Virus record (IMG/VR): IMGVR_UViG_3300035698_019702
DNA: 64,000 bases
Source of the DNA: an uncultured virus (IMG/VR IMGVR_UViG_3300035698_019702)
Lineage: Duplodnaviria > Heunggongvirae > Uroviricota > Caudoviricetes
Strand: one strand, 5' to 3'
Numbering within the stretch: the stretch's first letter is position 1; every line of letters begins with the position of its first letter. Shown one piece after another: positions 1-8,911 of this stretch. The notes under the pieces are model-generated. The model was given only the letters and a program-made list of their open reading frames with translations, was not told where the DNA came from and ran no database searches. The position numbers and the translations under genes were made by a program.

Positions 1-9
1 TCGAGAAAA

Positions 10-426
10 ATGAATTGGTTAGAGAAAATAGCTGATAGTCTCATAGAATCAAAAGAGTTGCAGTTTATCATAAATAAGTGGAAAACCAATATCCCTCAAC
101 TGGTTCTTTACGTTTACGAAACCGAGAAACGAGTTGTTTTAAGCAGCTTAATCATACCTAACAAGTTAAGAAAACAAGGCTTAGGGTCACAGATCATGAC
201 TGATCTCACAAACTATGCGGATCAAGTTGGTAAAAGAATGGAGTTAAGCCCTGGAGTAAAAGATAGCTATACGGGTACCACATCAATCAACAGGCTAATT
301 AAATTCTACAAGAGATTTGGATTTTTCAGGAACAGAGGTCGGTATAAAGATTACAGTACAAGTGAAACCATGCTTAGGAACCCACAAAAAAACCTGGAGA
401 TCGTTCCAGATACGGAGGTTGTATGA
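10..426 (+). CDS. GNAT-fold acetyltransferase-like protein
   Basis: Acetyl-CoA-binding motif A-like RKQGLGSQIM and C-terminal RLIKFYKRFGF motif typical of GNAT proteins. Confidence 0.65.
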   Translation: MNWLEKIADSLIESKELQFIINKWKTNIPQLVLYVYETEKRVVLSSLIIPNKLRKQGLGSQIMTDLTNYADQVGKRMELSPGVKDSYTGTTSINRLIKFYKRFGFFRNRGRYKDYSTSETMLRNPQKNLEIVPDTEVV

Positions 427-1115
427 AGCTAATTAACAACTTTATCCCATGTGTTTATTTTAAGCAAATAAAAATAGCTTTCACTATTCCCCAACAGATG
501 ATTACTGAACAAATATATATTTATGAGGAAGCTTTACCATATATTGAGTGTGAAATACGAAACACAATTAGGCACGAAGCAGAACACAGATCTGACGAAG
601 AGCAAGGTAGACCGGGAGGAATGAGTTTTGAGGAATGGTCTAGTGAAGGTCGTGTTGAGCCGATTGCTGAGAAGTCTGAAACAGAAGCATGTGAGGCTCT
701 ACAGCCACCTGAAGTTTCCAGCGTGATTCCAGTGAATGTAGACGAAGTTTTTCAGAGAGCAAAGAACGAATCTGGTATTAACCCTTCATATCTCCAAGAT
801 GTCAAAGCGGCCATTCTACCAGATGATATTTTAGGATTATATGGAATGCAAGATCGTCCAGAAAACGCCACAAATGTTGGTATGGGGTGGGATGGCTCGC
901 AATACATTAACGTGGCTGCGTTTTTTAAGCCGTGGATAGCAGAGCAGGATAAGCATACTTTTCCTCCGAATGTTCAGGATGATGGGATAGTGACTGATCC
1001 AGATGCACTTAAATCTCCTAATAGGGTAGTACCGCATATACCTCCTGCACCATCAGGATACCCATCACAGTCGATACCTACCTGGAGCCCAGTACCAGGA
1101 GTAATTGCACGATGA
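423..1115 (+). CDS. hypothetical protein with HExxH motif (possible zincin-like)
   Basis: 230-aa ORF, ATGA overlap with upstream gene, IRHEAEH motif, Pro-rich C-terminus. Confidence 0.5.
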   Translation: MKLINNFIPCVYFKQIKIAFTIPQQMITEQIYIYEEALPYIECEIRNTIRHEAEHRSDEEQGRPGGMSFEEWSSEGRVEPIAEKSETEACEALQPPEVSSVIPVNVDEVFQRAKNESGINPSYLQDVKAAILPDDILGLYGMQDRPENATNVGMGWDGSQYINVAAFFKPWIAEQDKHTFPPNVQDDGIVTDPDALKSPNRVVPHIPPAPSGYPSQSIPTWSPVPGVIAR

Positions 1116-1282
1116 AGGTAAGCAAAGAGCAACTAAAAGAAGTCGATAGGGTGGCTCAGATTTTTGAGAAAAACCTTGAAGAACCTCTCACTCAGGAAGT
1201 TATGGAAGAGATGGATCGTAAAGTTACTAAGGTATTAGCAGACTTAGGGCATTATAGAAGGTTTTTTAAGAGATTAGCATGA
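1112..1282 (+). CDS. small hypothetical protein (56 aa, not in ORF track)
   Basis: MKVSKEQLKEVDRVAQIFEKNLEEP...FFKRLA*; ATGA overlaps at both ends (1112-1115 and 1279-1282) fill the gap exactly. Confidence 0.7.
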   Translation: MKVSKEQLKEVDRVAQIFEKNLEEPLTQEVMEEMDRKVTKVLADLGHYRRFFKRLA

Positions 1283-2064
1283 GCTGGTTAGTAAAAGCAT
1301 TCACCACTTGTCAGATAGCAAATGACGATTTCTTTCTACTGCTTGATCCAGTTTCTTTCTACGAAATGCGACACACTAAAGTCATACCTGAAGGTACAAA
1401 GTTATCGAAAAAGTTACCACCTAGCGATAGCTTCATTAATGATATAATTTTGGCATCTGTCATAGTATCACCGACTCTTGTCGTGGATGGGCATCTTGCA
1501 AAAGATATCAACGCAATGGTTGTACTTAAGATTGGTAGTTTGCGATCACCTCATGAACTATACCAGAGATATATTCGATTAGACGATACTTTAAAAAGGC
1601 GACTAAAGGACTTCAAAGATACCAGCCTTTCACAACAGTATGTGATTTCGCGGACTAAAGAGTCCAAACTCTATCGGATTACAGAATCTCATAGTGGTTC
1701 GGCGAACCTAGAGTGTTATGGCTCTCTTAAGGACATCACTGAGAAATCTAATGAGATGAGAAAGTCTCTTATTGAACTAGCATCTAAGAAAACTGGCCGA
1801 AGCTATGAGGCAGCAGATTTACTACGTGTAGAAAACATACACACATATATGAAGAACGAATTATTGCCTGTTGATCCTGCAAAAATAGCATTTATATTAC
1901 GAAAAGCAGAAATCAAACCAGTTGCTCACACAGAGCATAAATGGTTAGACTGTTTTGCTACTCTGAATGAAGATGCGAGTGCAATACGTGATGAGATTAG
2001 AGCATTTCATTCAATGAAATGGGTGCAAGATTTTACCAATCCTTACCATCAGACCCTACTTTAA
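1279..2064 (+). CDS. hypothetical protein
   Basis: 261-aa ORF, translationally coupled; no recognisable motif. Confidence 0.7.
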   Translation: MSWLVKAFTTCQIANDDFFLLLDPVSFYEMRHTKVIPEGTKLSKKLPPSDSFINDIILASVIVSPTLVVDGHLAKDINAMVVLKIGSLRSPHELYQRYIRLDDTLKRRLKDFKDTSLSQQYVISRTKESKLYRITESHSGSANLECYGSLKDITEKSNEMRKSLIELASKKTGRSYEAADLLRVENIHTYMKNELLPVDPAKIAFILRKAEIKPVAHTEHKWLDCFATLNEDASAIRDEIRAFHSMKWVQDFTNPYHQTLL

Positions 2065-2184
2065 CAAAGGATTTCTCATCATATTGGAAAGAGTACTTGA
2101 CAAAAACTCTTGAAAAGCGACGATATTAGTACCTTCCAATATCCAATCACACCAAAGAATCTCGGTTCTTTTTGGCTATGTAAA

Positions 2185-2193
2185 TGGTATAAT
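2185..2193 (+). promoter_or_regulatory. extended -10 promoter element (TGGTATAAT), probably a leaderless transcript
   Basis: TGnTATAAT ends 5 nt before the ATG at 2199; no SD sequence. Confidence 0.5.
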
Positions 2194-2198
2194 AGACT

Positions 2199-2429
2199 AT
2201 GAGTGTTGGAAAGATTACAATAGAAGGAACAGCACAATTTTCGGCTCCGTCAATTAGCTGTATTTGCGAAAAATGTGGTGATCCGAGTAATGAAAATTCA
2301 ACAGTAGTATTTGATTTCAAGCAAAAGAAAGTGATATATTTGTGCGGAAATCCGAAATGCAAAAAGATGAACGAGATTAACTTGAATGTAACACATACTC
2401 CTTATCCCAAATCGAGATTCAGTAAATAA
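2199..2429 (+). CDS. small zinc-ribbon protein
   Basis: CEKC...CGNPKC cysteine pairs in 76 aa. Confidence 0.6.
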   Translation: MSVGKITIEGTAQFSAPSISCICEKCGDPSNENSTVVFDFKQKKVIYLCGNPKCKKMNEINLNVTHTPYPKSRFSK

Positions 2430-2437
2430 ATAGGAGA

Positions 2438-3073
2438 ATGCCTGGTGGGATGTCGCAGATACAAGTTCTCGGTGGAGATGTAGCCATTTACGTTATTCAT
2501 AATACCACTAATAGAACAGTCATGTTGTCTGATCTGCGAGCTGAAATTAAGCCAAGAGGACTCTTGGATTTGGAGCGAGTGGCAAGCAGAGTGGCTATTG
2601 AAAGTAGCAAAGACCTACAAGCAGCTTTACGGGCAAAAATACTACACCTTGGAAGGCATAGCGTTATACGTACAAAATCAAATCCTGAGACTATTCATAC
2701 CAAGTCTACGGTCAAGGTAGTGGAAAAAGAGAGGGATTTAGATGAACACAAGCTTGCTCAAATGGTACGTCAAGCACTCAAGGATGGAGAAAAGCCTGCA
2801 TCAGATGTAGATGTGCAAGCCCAGGTAAAGGAAGCTGTCAAAGAAGGAATCGATGGTTTGTTATCATCAATTCGAGATCAGATTAACTCGATTCAACCTG
2901 TTGTCCAATCCCAACATCAAAGCGATAATTTGGAAATTGATCCAGAGAAATTTGCGGAGATTTCTCAAAATGCTGTAGAGAAGATTTCACAGGAAATTGA
3001 GACAGGTAGAGCTAAGTTAGGTAAAAAATACAAGATCAACAAGAACCTAAGAGATTTAGCTGATGGTCTTTGA
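2438..3073 (+). CDS. hypothetical protein, helical/coiled-coil C-terminus
   Basis: 211-aa ORF with AGGAG SD; lies directly upstream of the actin-like gene. Confidence 0.7.
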   Translation: MPGGMSQIQVLGGDVAIYVIHNTTNRTVMLSDLRAEIKPRGLLDLERVASRVAIESSKDLQAALRAKILHLGRHSVIRTKSNPETIHTKSTVKVVEKERDLDEHKLAQMVRQALKDGEKPASDVDVQAQVKEAVKEGIDGLLSSIRDQINSIQPVVQSQHQSDNLEIDPEKFAEISQNAVEKISQEIETGRAKLGKKYKINKNLRDLADGL

Positions 3074-3125
3074 CAGGGAGAATTGAAATGAAGAAGAAAG
3101 AACAATAGATATTGGAGATTTAGAT

Positions 3126-4649
3126 ATGAAGTCATTGGACGTGGGAACAATGTTTTTAGTCAAAGGTGAGGAAGACGAGTTAGTTGATAATATCAACTTC
3201 ACCGTTGCGAGAAATGTGTTTCTTCAGGCTTCGACTACTGAGGATACTGAGGATACACTAAGAGAAAATAACTGGTCGTATGTTAAACATCTTGATAACT
3301 ATTATATTCTGGGAGAGGATGCGATTAAACTCAAAAACCTTCTGACAGTCAATGTAAAGAAGGGTGGTGATGATATCGTCATGACCAAGGTAGGTGAATT
3401 ACGTCGCCCAATGCGGCGGGGCATACTTAACACATCTGAAGAAAAATTAAGTATTGCTATCATTCAGAATCTCATTCAGAATCTCATGGGACCGCCATCT
3501 CATCCGGGTGAAGTGCTATGCTTTTGCGTACCTGGTGATCCGGTAGATAGTAACTTATCAGTGTTATTTCACCAGTCGATGCTTAGCTCTTTTCTTAAGA
3601 GCTTGGGCTATACTGTTGAGCATATCCCAGAGGCTCTAGCTATCATCTTCAGTGAGATGCCGTCTGTGGATGGTGAAGATGGAGAAGAACCTTTCAGTGG
3701 CATATCATTCTCATTTGGCGCTGGCATGTGTAACATTTGTTTGAAGGGTGACACCAAGATACCTCTATTAAATGGAGACACTCCTACAATTGCAGAGTTG
3801 TCTCGATCACACAAAGATAAAAATTTCTGGGTGTATTCATGTCAAAAAGATGGACAAATCGTTGCTGGAAAAGCTCACTCTCCAAGGATTACAAAAAGGA
3901 ACGCAGAGTTAGTGAAAGTTTACTTAGATGATAGCTCATGTTTTGAATGCACTCCAGATCACCTCATACTGAACAGAGGTGGTGAATATATCGAAGCTCA
4001 AAACTTAAAAACAGGGGACAGTTTGATGCCTCTTAGCAACCAACACAATCATAAAGTAATTAAAGTGGAAAAGTCTGGAAAATCCGATGTCTACGACTTA
4101 ACCGTGGATGATTATCACAATTTTGCAATTGATGCTGGGGTATTTGTGCATAACTGTTTCGCTTATAAAAAGATGCCTTTAATTGCCTTTTCGGTTGCTC
4201 AATGCGGAGATTGGATAGATATTGAGGCATCCAAAGTCGCAGGTGTTGATGTGTCTGCTATGACTCGATACAAAGAGGCTAAATTCAATTTGAACAACGT
4301 GGATTATAGTAACATGAAAGACGCTGCTTTGGACATATTCTATAATAACATGATAGAGCATGCGTTAGACAAGTTCTCTGAAAAATTCAGTCAGTTGGAC
4401 GTGGAAGATCAAATCCATGCTCCTTTAGAGATCGTAATTGCCGGTGGCACATCTATGATACCCGGATTTATAGACAAGTTTAATGCTGTCCTGGGTAGTA
4501 AAGAGTTGACATTCAGAGTCAAAAATGTGCGACATGCAGAAGAGCCGTTATACGCTGTTTCTAGTGGTTGCTTAATGAAGGCTATTTCAACAGAGAAAAA
4601 AATCAAGGAGAAGGAGTCTAAAGCACCGAAAGTTACTAAAACCGAGTGA
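3126..4649 (+). CDS. actin-fold ATPase (volactin/MreB/FtsA-like) containing an intein
   Basis: Phosphate-1 SLDVGT, RRPMRRGIL, phosphate-2 GISFSFGAGMCNI|CFAY and adenosine IVIAGGTSMIPGF motifs; 368 aa after intein removal. Confidence 0.85.
   Translation: MKSLDVGTMFLVKGEEDELVDNINFTVARNVFLQASTTEDTEDTLRENNWSYVKHLDNYYILGEDAIKLKNLLTVNVKKGGDDIVMTKVGELRRPMRRGILNTSEEKLSIAIIQNLIQNLMGPPSHPGEVLCFCVPGDPVDSNLSVLFHQSMLSSFLKSLGYTVEHIPEALAIIFSEMPSVDGEDGEEPFSGISFSFGAGMCNICLKGDTKIPLLNGDTPTIAELSRSHKDKNFWVYSCQKDGQIVAGKAHSPRITKRNAELVKVYLDDSSCFECTPDHLILNRGGEYIEAQNLKTGDSLMPLSNQHNHKVIKVEKSGKSDVYDLTVDDYHNFAIDAGVFVHNCFAYKKMPLIAFSVAQCGDWIDIEASKVAGVDVSAMTRYKEAKFNLNNVDYSNMKDAALDIFYNNMIEHALDKFSEKFSQLDVEDQIHAPLEIVIAGGTSMIPGFIDKFNAVLGSKELTFRVKNVRHAEEPLYAVSSGCLMKAISTEKKIKEKESKAPKVTKTE
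3738..4154 (+). mobile_element. mini-intein (139 aa, no homing endonuclease)
   Basis: Block A CLKGDTKI, block B ECTPDHLIL, blocks F/G VYDLTVDDYHNFAIDAGVFVHN followed by Cys+1; removal restores GAGMCNI-CFAY. Confidence 0.95.
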
Positions 4650-4658
4650 GGTGCTTAA

Positions 4659-5402
4659 ATGGGTTATTGCAATGTGGATGAGGTAGATTATGTGCTTGGA
4701 CAATCCCTTACGAACGCCCGAGCCGAAAATGCAGAATTCGGTGTACAGCAGAGTTTGTGGGAAATAGGTCACGTTAGGGACAAAAACAGAATCCCTGACG
4801 ACGTGGTTTATCTCTACATTTCGTTTGCAGACAACCAAATTGACGGCATTATGTCCCAGCAGTATCATACTCCCTTAAAAAAATGTGTTAACGGCCAGTG
4901 GGATTTAGACGATGATCTTAATGAGTATAACCAGATTATTGAGATGCCTGACTCTTGTAATCTGGTTATAGGTGATACAATTCAGATCGTCAATCTTAAC
5001 ACTGGTGAAAAAGAAAACCATATTGTAGATTCGATAGTGGATCAGTATTCTTTCACTGCTGTGAAGCCAATTGAGACAACTTTTGAAGGGGACAATATTG
5101 TGGTCAAGCGTATTCAGTATCCACCTCCAATCAACCAAATTTCAGCAAGATACGCAGCATCGTTCATTTATGACAAGTATTTTTCAGCACAGAATGCTCC
5201 TAATGTATCTGATTATGGTCAGGAAATGCGGCGACAAGCGATGGGACAATTGAATAATATTCTGAATGGAAGAGCAATCCTGAAAAATCAGCTGCGAATC
5301 GGAGATCGATTTGGGAATCCGTGGTTGGATTCTTCTTATGCCCAGCGAACTCCTATTGACGGATATAACACTTCTGATAGAGATATGTCTGCACCAAGTT
5401 AG
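4659..5402 (+). CDS. head-tail connector/neck protein (Mu gp36/DUF1320-like) with inserted beta domain
   Basis: MGYCNVDEV start, YISFADNQIDGIMSQQYHTPL, PPPINQISARYAA, AMGQLNNILNG pattern; position before tail genes. Confidence 0.6.
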   Translation: MGYCNVDEVDYVLGQSLTNARAENAEFGVQQSLWEIGHVRDKNRIPDDVVYLYISFADNQIDGIMSQQYHTPLKKCVNGQWDLDDDLNEYNQIIEMPDSCNLVIGDTIQIVNLNTGEKENHIVDSIVDQYSFTAVKPIETTFEGDNIVVKRIQYPPPINQISARYAASFIYDKYFSAQNAPNVSDYGQEMRRQAMGQLNNILNGRAILKNQLRIGDRFGNPWLDSSYAQRTPIDGYNTSDRDMSAPS

Positions 5403-5423
5403 AATAGACCGAGATAACTCGCA

Positions 5424-5690
5424 ATGAAGAAGAAAATTGGAATCTCTGGTATAAAAGACCTTCATCGTTTACAACAGAGGGTAGAACAACGACACCAATA
5501 CATCACGTCGTTGAACGGAAGTAAAATCAATCTTGCCGCAGTAGATTTGGCTCCAGGCCCAGTCTTGCATCAGGACGGGGAAACAATGAGTGAGGAAGAA
5601 AGTGCTATATTTGAGAAAAATAATCCAAAAGTCGTAGCTTTTCTACAATCCCTGAAGCATAAGTTAGATGATATACTGCGAGAACCCTAA
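5424..5690 (+). CDS. hypothetical protein
   Basis: 88-aa ORF with TAATG overlap to the next gene. Confidence 0.6.
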   Translation: MKKKIGISGIKDLHRLQQRVEQRHQYITSLNGSKINLAAVDLAPGPVLHQDGETMSEEESAIFEKNNPKVVAFLQSLKHKLDDILREP

Positions 5691-6622
5691 TGGACGCCCT
5701 ATCAATACTGAAATCTTATCGCAAAATCATCGGGCGGTTTATCATCAACAATAGAGAACTGATTTCACCTACTGTAATTGGAACTCGTACTATCGAAGTT
5801 GAAAGCACGCGTAGATTCCAAATAGGTGATAAAATAGCCCTCTTGAACCAATCGACCTATGATGTGGAATTTCACTTAATCGCTGATATCACTGATCACA
5901 CAACCATAGTTACTTCACACGACATATCTGATGTTTACCCTGTGACTGGGGATTCCTCAACTACAAGCGTAGTAAGAAAGTCCATTGGCGACGGGTCTGG
6001 AACTGATGCATTCATTCAGGCTATTTATCTTGGTGATCCTACTGTCATCTCGCACTATCCTGCAATAACAATAGACATGAAGAATCGATCGTCTGAATGG
6101 ATGACACTGGAGTCCACCAAAGAAACCTATAATATAGATATTTCGATATATGTAGAAGCATCACAGTACGAAAATCAGTTCACTCTGATGCATTCGATGG
6201 TTGATTCAATTGAGGATGCCCTATTTAGATCGTTTTATCCTTTGGTTGATCCTTATAACTCTTCGGATTTGACTCAATCTGTGATTCACAACGATACGAT
6301 CTTTCAGATAGAAAACACAACTGATAATTTTCTGTGCGGTGGAAGCTGGATATGGTTTGAGAGTCTAGACCACCTGCGTAACAACCGCATACAGGGATAC
6401 CAAGGTAATGGTGTATATGAGACAGTATTTCCAATCGGTCAAGAATTTGACATAGGTGATGCGGTCATTAGACCTGCTCGTCATATCTTCAACACTTTAG
6501 CCCATCAAACTCAGTATGGCACAGTAATGAAAGAAACCGTTCTGAAGGCCGCAGTGGTTTCCATAAAGTGCGATGAGGAGTGCTGGAGGCACACACCTTA
6601 CCTGGACTCACTAACTTTCTAA
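5690..6622 (+). CDS. putative tail completion/terminator protein
   Basis: YPAITIDMKNRSSEW...YNIDISIYVE pattern resembles tail-terminator folds; synteny upstream of the tube gene. Confidence 0.45.
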   Translation: MDALSILKSYRKIIGRFIINNRELISPTVIGTRTIEVESTRRFQIGDKIALLNQSTYDVEFHLIADITDHTTIVTSHDISDVYPVTGDSSTTSVVRKSIGDGSGTDAFIQAIYLGDPTVISHYPAITIDMKNRSSEWMTLESTKETYNIDISIYVEASQYENQFTLMHSMVDSIEDALFRSFYPLVDPYNSSDLTQSVIHNDTIFQIENTTDNFLCGGSWIWFESLDHLRNNRIQGYQGNGVYETVFPIGQEFDIGDAVIRPARHIFNTLAHQTQYGTVMKETVLKAAVVSIKCDEECWRHTPYLDSLTF

Positions 6623-6670
6623 AAATCTGCATTTTGGCTAATATATGAGAGTGGGAAGAAAGAGAAACCA

Positions 6671-7198
6671 ATGTTAATAATAATATCTAAGAAGATACAC
6701 TATGAATTTAGCAGTGTGCAATTCGATCTGCCTGAGATATTGGCTGATAATGTTATTTCATGGGGTAAAAAATCTGTCAACAATTCCGATTTATACACAA
6801 AAGAAGAAAAATACGGCAGAGAAAATGAAATCCATGTCACAGTTAAATATGGATTACATACTGTCGATGTAAGAAAAGTAGAAAAGAATATTGAGGGGTT
6901 TGGCTCTTTTCAAATTAGATTAGGGAGTATTTCTCGATTCGTTCCTACAGGCAAAGATTATGATGTTGTTAAAGTGGAAGTTGATAGTGATGAATTGTCT
7001 AAGTTACATCAGTTGTTAGATGATTTACCCAATAGTGATGAACATTCCATATATCGTGCTCATTGTACTGTGGCGTATGTAAAAAAAGGATGTTGTGCTG
7101 ATTTGTCTGGTAGAACAGATTTGAAAGGTAAAACTGCTAGAGTTAATAAGTTAACATTCAGTCCCCATACAGGGACAAAATCTGAGATCAAACTGTAG
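6671..7198 (+). CDS. 2H phosphoesterase (Acb1/T4 57B-like or 2'-5' RNA ligase family)
   Basis: Two HxT motifs, IHVTVKYGL and AHCTVAYV, in 175 aa. Confidence 0.8.
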   Translation: MLIIISKKIHYEFSSVQFDLPEILADNVISWGKKSVNNSDLYTKEEKYGRENEIHVTVKYGLHTVDVRKVEKNIEGFGSFQIRLGSISRFVPTGKDYDVVKVEVDSDELSKLHQLLDDLPNSDEHSIYRAHCTVAYVKKGCCADLSGRTDLKGKTARVNKLTFSPHTGTKSEIKL

Positions 7199-7212
7199 CA
7201 TTAGGAGATGAA

Positions 7213-8430
7213 ATGAAAGTGCTTGTAATTGGATTGTCACCGTATTTAATGACATCACGTAGTAAAGTGTTTGCCTTGGTTATGAGGTATCTATACGTGA
7301 AAGGATATGGCGTGGCAGGTGCCGCTTGGGCTCATGACACATCTTACTTTATCCCTGATGATAATGGAAACTCTGTGTACGAATTCGAGATCGAGGAGCA
7401 TGGCACTCACAGTATTCCACTGAAGACCTTCAATCGAGGAGAAAAAGAGGCTGTTGAGGTGTATGAGATCATGGATCAACTACACCCTGATTTGGTTATT
7501 ACTGTAGGAGATCACAGTGACTTTGCCTATATGAAGGCAGTCAAAATGTTTTACAATAAACCATTCAAATGGCTCTTTATTCTGATGAACTACTCATCAC
7601 CGATCAACGAGAATAACCACGAGCTTATTGAAAACGCTGATGGAGTTCTGTGTACAAGTCAATTTGGTTATGATACCGTCAAAAAATTGTATGGAAAAGA
7701 ACTGATAGATGTGGGTTATTTGGGTAGTAACCTTAAAACCTTTCACTTAATGGAAAATGACATTCCACAAGATAATCATTTCCGGATAATGGCAAGTGGC
7801 AAATGTCATCAAGTTGACAACTTGCCAATGATTATTGAGTCGGTTGCTCAGGCACGCCTGGAGTGTCCTGATATCGAATTATATATCCATGCCAACTTAC
7901 ATGATCGTGGAGACTATGATCTAGAACTTATTAAAAGCCGTTTTGATCCAAAAGATGAGTTTATTCGATTTCCAGAGAAGTTTGTGTCCTTATACGAAGG
8001 TATCCCAGATAAAGAGCTGGCTGATGAGATGAGGAAGACAGATTTGTATATTTCTATGCCTCTAGTATCTGCTACTTCGATGACTGTTTTTGATGCGATT
8101 TCTTGTGGAAGTTTTCCTCTTCTGAGTGATTGTGGTTCTAATCATGATTTAGCAGGTATTCTAGCAGAATGTTTAGAAGAATATACGGCAGAGGACTTTT
8201 TAGTACCCTGCGTGAGGTTGATGTCTGCGGCTAGTTCGTATTTGTACGTTTGTGATCCGCAGAAGTTATCTAAGAAGATTTTGTCTGTGTATAAAAAGAA
8301 TGCAGGGAAGAAGATGTGTTTTGATGAATTTACAAAAGAACATAACCGTGAAGGATTCCTCAAGAAACTGTCACAAATAGTTGATAGTGTGGAGGTGTCT
8401 GATCACGTTGTCTGTTTAGAAACAGTTTAG
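7213..8430 (+). CDS. GT-B fold (GT4-like) glycosyltransferase
   Basis: MKVLVIG start, HPDLVITVGD, DLYISMPL...DAISCGSFPLLSD donor-binding region (degenerate ExxxxxxxE). Confidence 0.7.
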   Translation: MKVLVIGLSPYLMTSRSKVFALVMRYLYVKGYGVAGAAWAHDTSYFIPDDNGNSVYEFEIEEHGTHSIPLKTFNRGEKEAVEVYEIMDQLHPDLVITVGDHSDFAYMKAVKMFYNKPFKWLFILMNYSSPINENNHELIENADGVLCTSQFGYDTVKKLYGKELIDVGYLGSNLKTFHLMENDIPQDNHFRIMASGKCHQVDNLPMIIESVAQARLECPDIELYIHANLHDRGDYDLELIKSRFDPKDEFIRFPEKFVSLYEGIPDKELADEMRKTDLYISMPLVSATSMTVFDAISCGSFPLLSDCGSNHDLAGILAECLEEYTAEDFLVPCVRLMSAASSYLYVCDPQKLSKKILSVYKKNAGKKMCFDEFTKEHNREGFLKKLSQIVDSVEVSDHVVCLETV

Positions 8431-8440
8431 GAGAAGAACA

Positions 8441-8884
8441 ATGGCAGCAATACTGGTAGAGAATTACCAAAATATCTCTGATTTCTACACTGAAGCCCAG
8501 TTGCAGACGGTAGGTTTAGCAGATTATTACTATAACGCCGCAGTCGAGGTTTTGCTTCTCAATGATTTTGAGCCAGAGCTAGACCTATTGGAGCCGTTTT
8601 ACAATGCGTATGTATCTGCTCAGTCAGCTTTCCTTACACCTCCAACTGCTATTATTAACGCAGTTGGAGCGTTACAGCGTCACGTTTTGAACAGGGCGCG
8701 TACGACTGCCTCGGTAGCATTCACGAATATTAACTCATGGATAGATGCGAATGCAATTAATGGTTATTTAACAGCAACAGTTGGCCGTGAAGGAGATGTT
8801 AATGATTCATTCCAATTGACGAGCCAATTTGCTAATTTGTCTAACCAGTCTGGGTTTACAATAAGTTCGCTCAATATTGCGTAA
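8441..8884 (+). CDS. hypothetical protein, probably virion-associated
   Basis: 147-aa ORF with AGGAG SD immediately upstream of the tail tube gene. Confidence 0.6.
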   Translation: MAAILVENYQNISDFYTEAQLQTVGLADYYYNAAVEVLLLNDFEPELDLLEPFYNAYVSAQSAFLTPPTAIINAVGALQRHVLNRARTTASVAFTNINSWIDANAINGYLTATVGREGDVNDSFQLTSQFANLSNQSGFTISSLNIA

Positions 8885-8911
8885 TACGGTTTGATGTGAG
8901 GAGGACGATAA

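Noticed and set aside
2097..2130. TTGACA -35 element at 2097
   Set aside because: No convincing -10 hexamer at 16-18 bp spacing
3126..4649. Archaeal host inferred from the volactin-like gene
   Set aside because: TATAAT-type promoter elements, an intrinsic terminator and bacterial-type adhesin modules point to a bacterial host; one gene is insufficient
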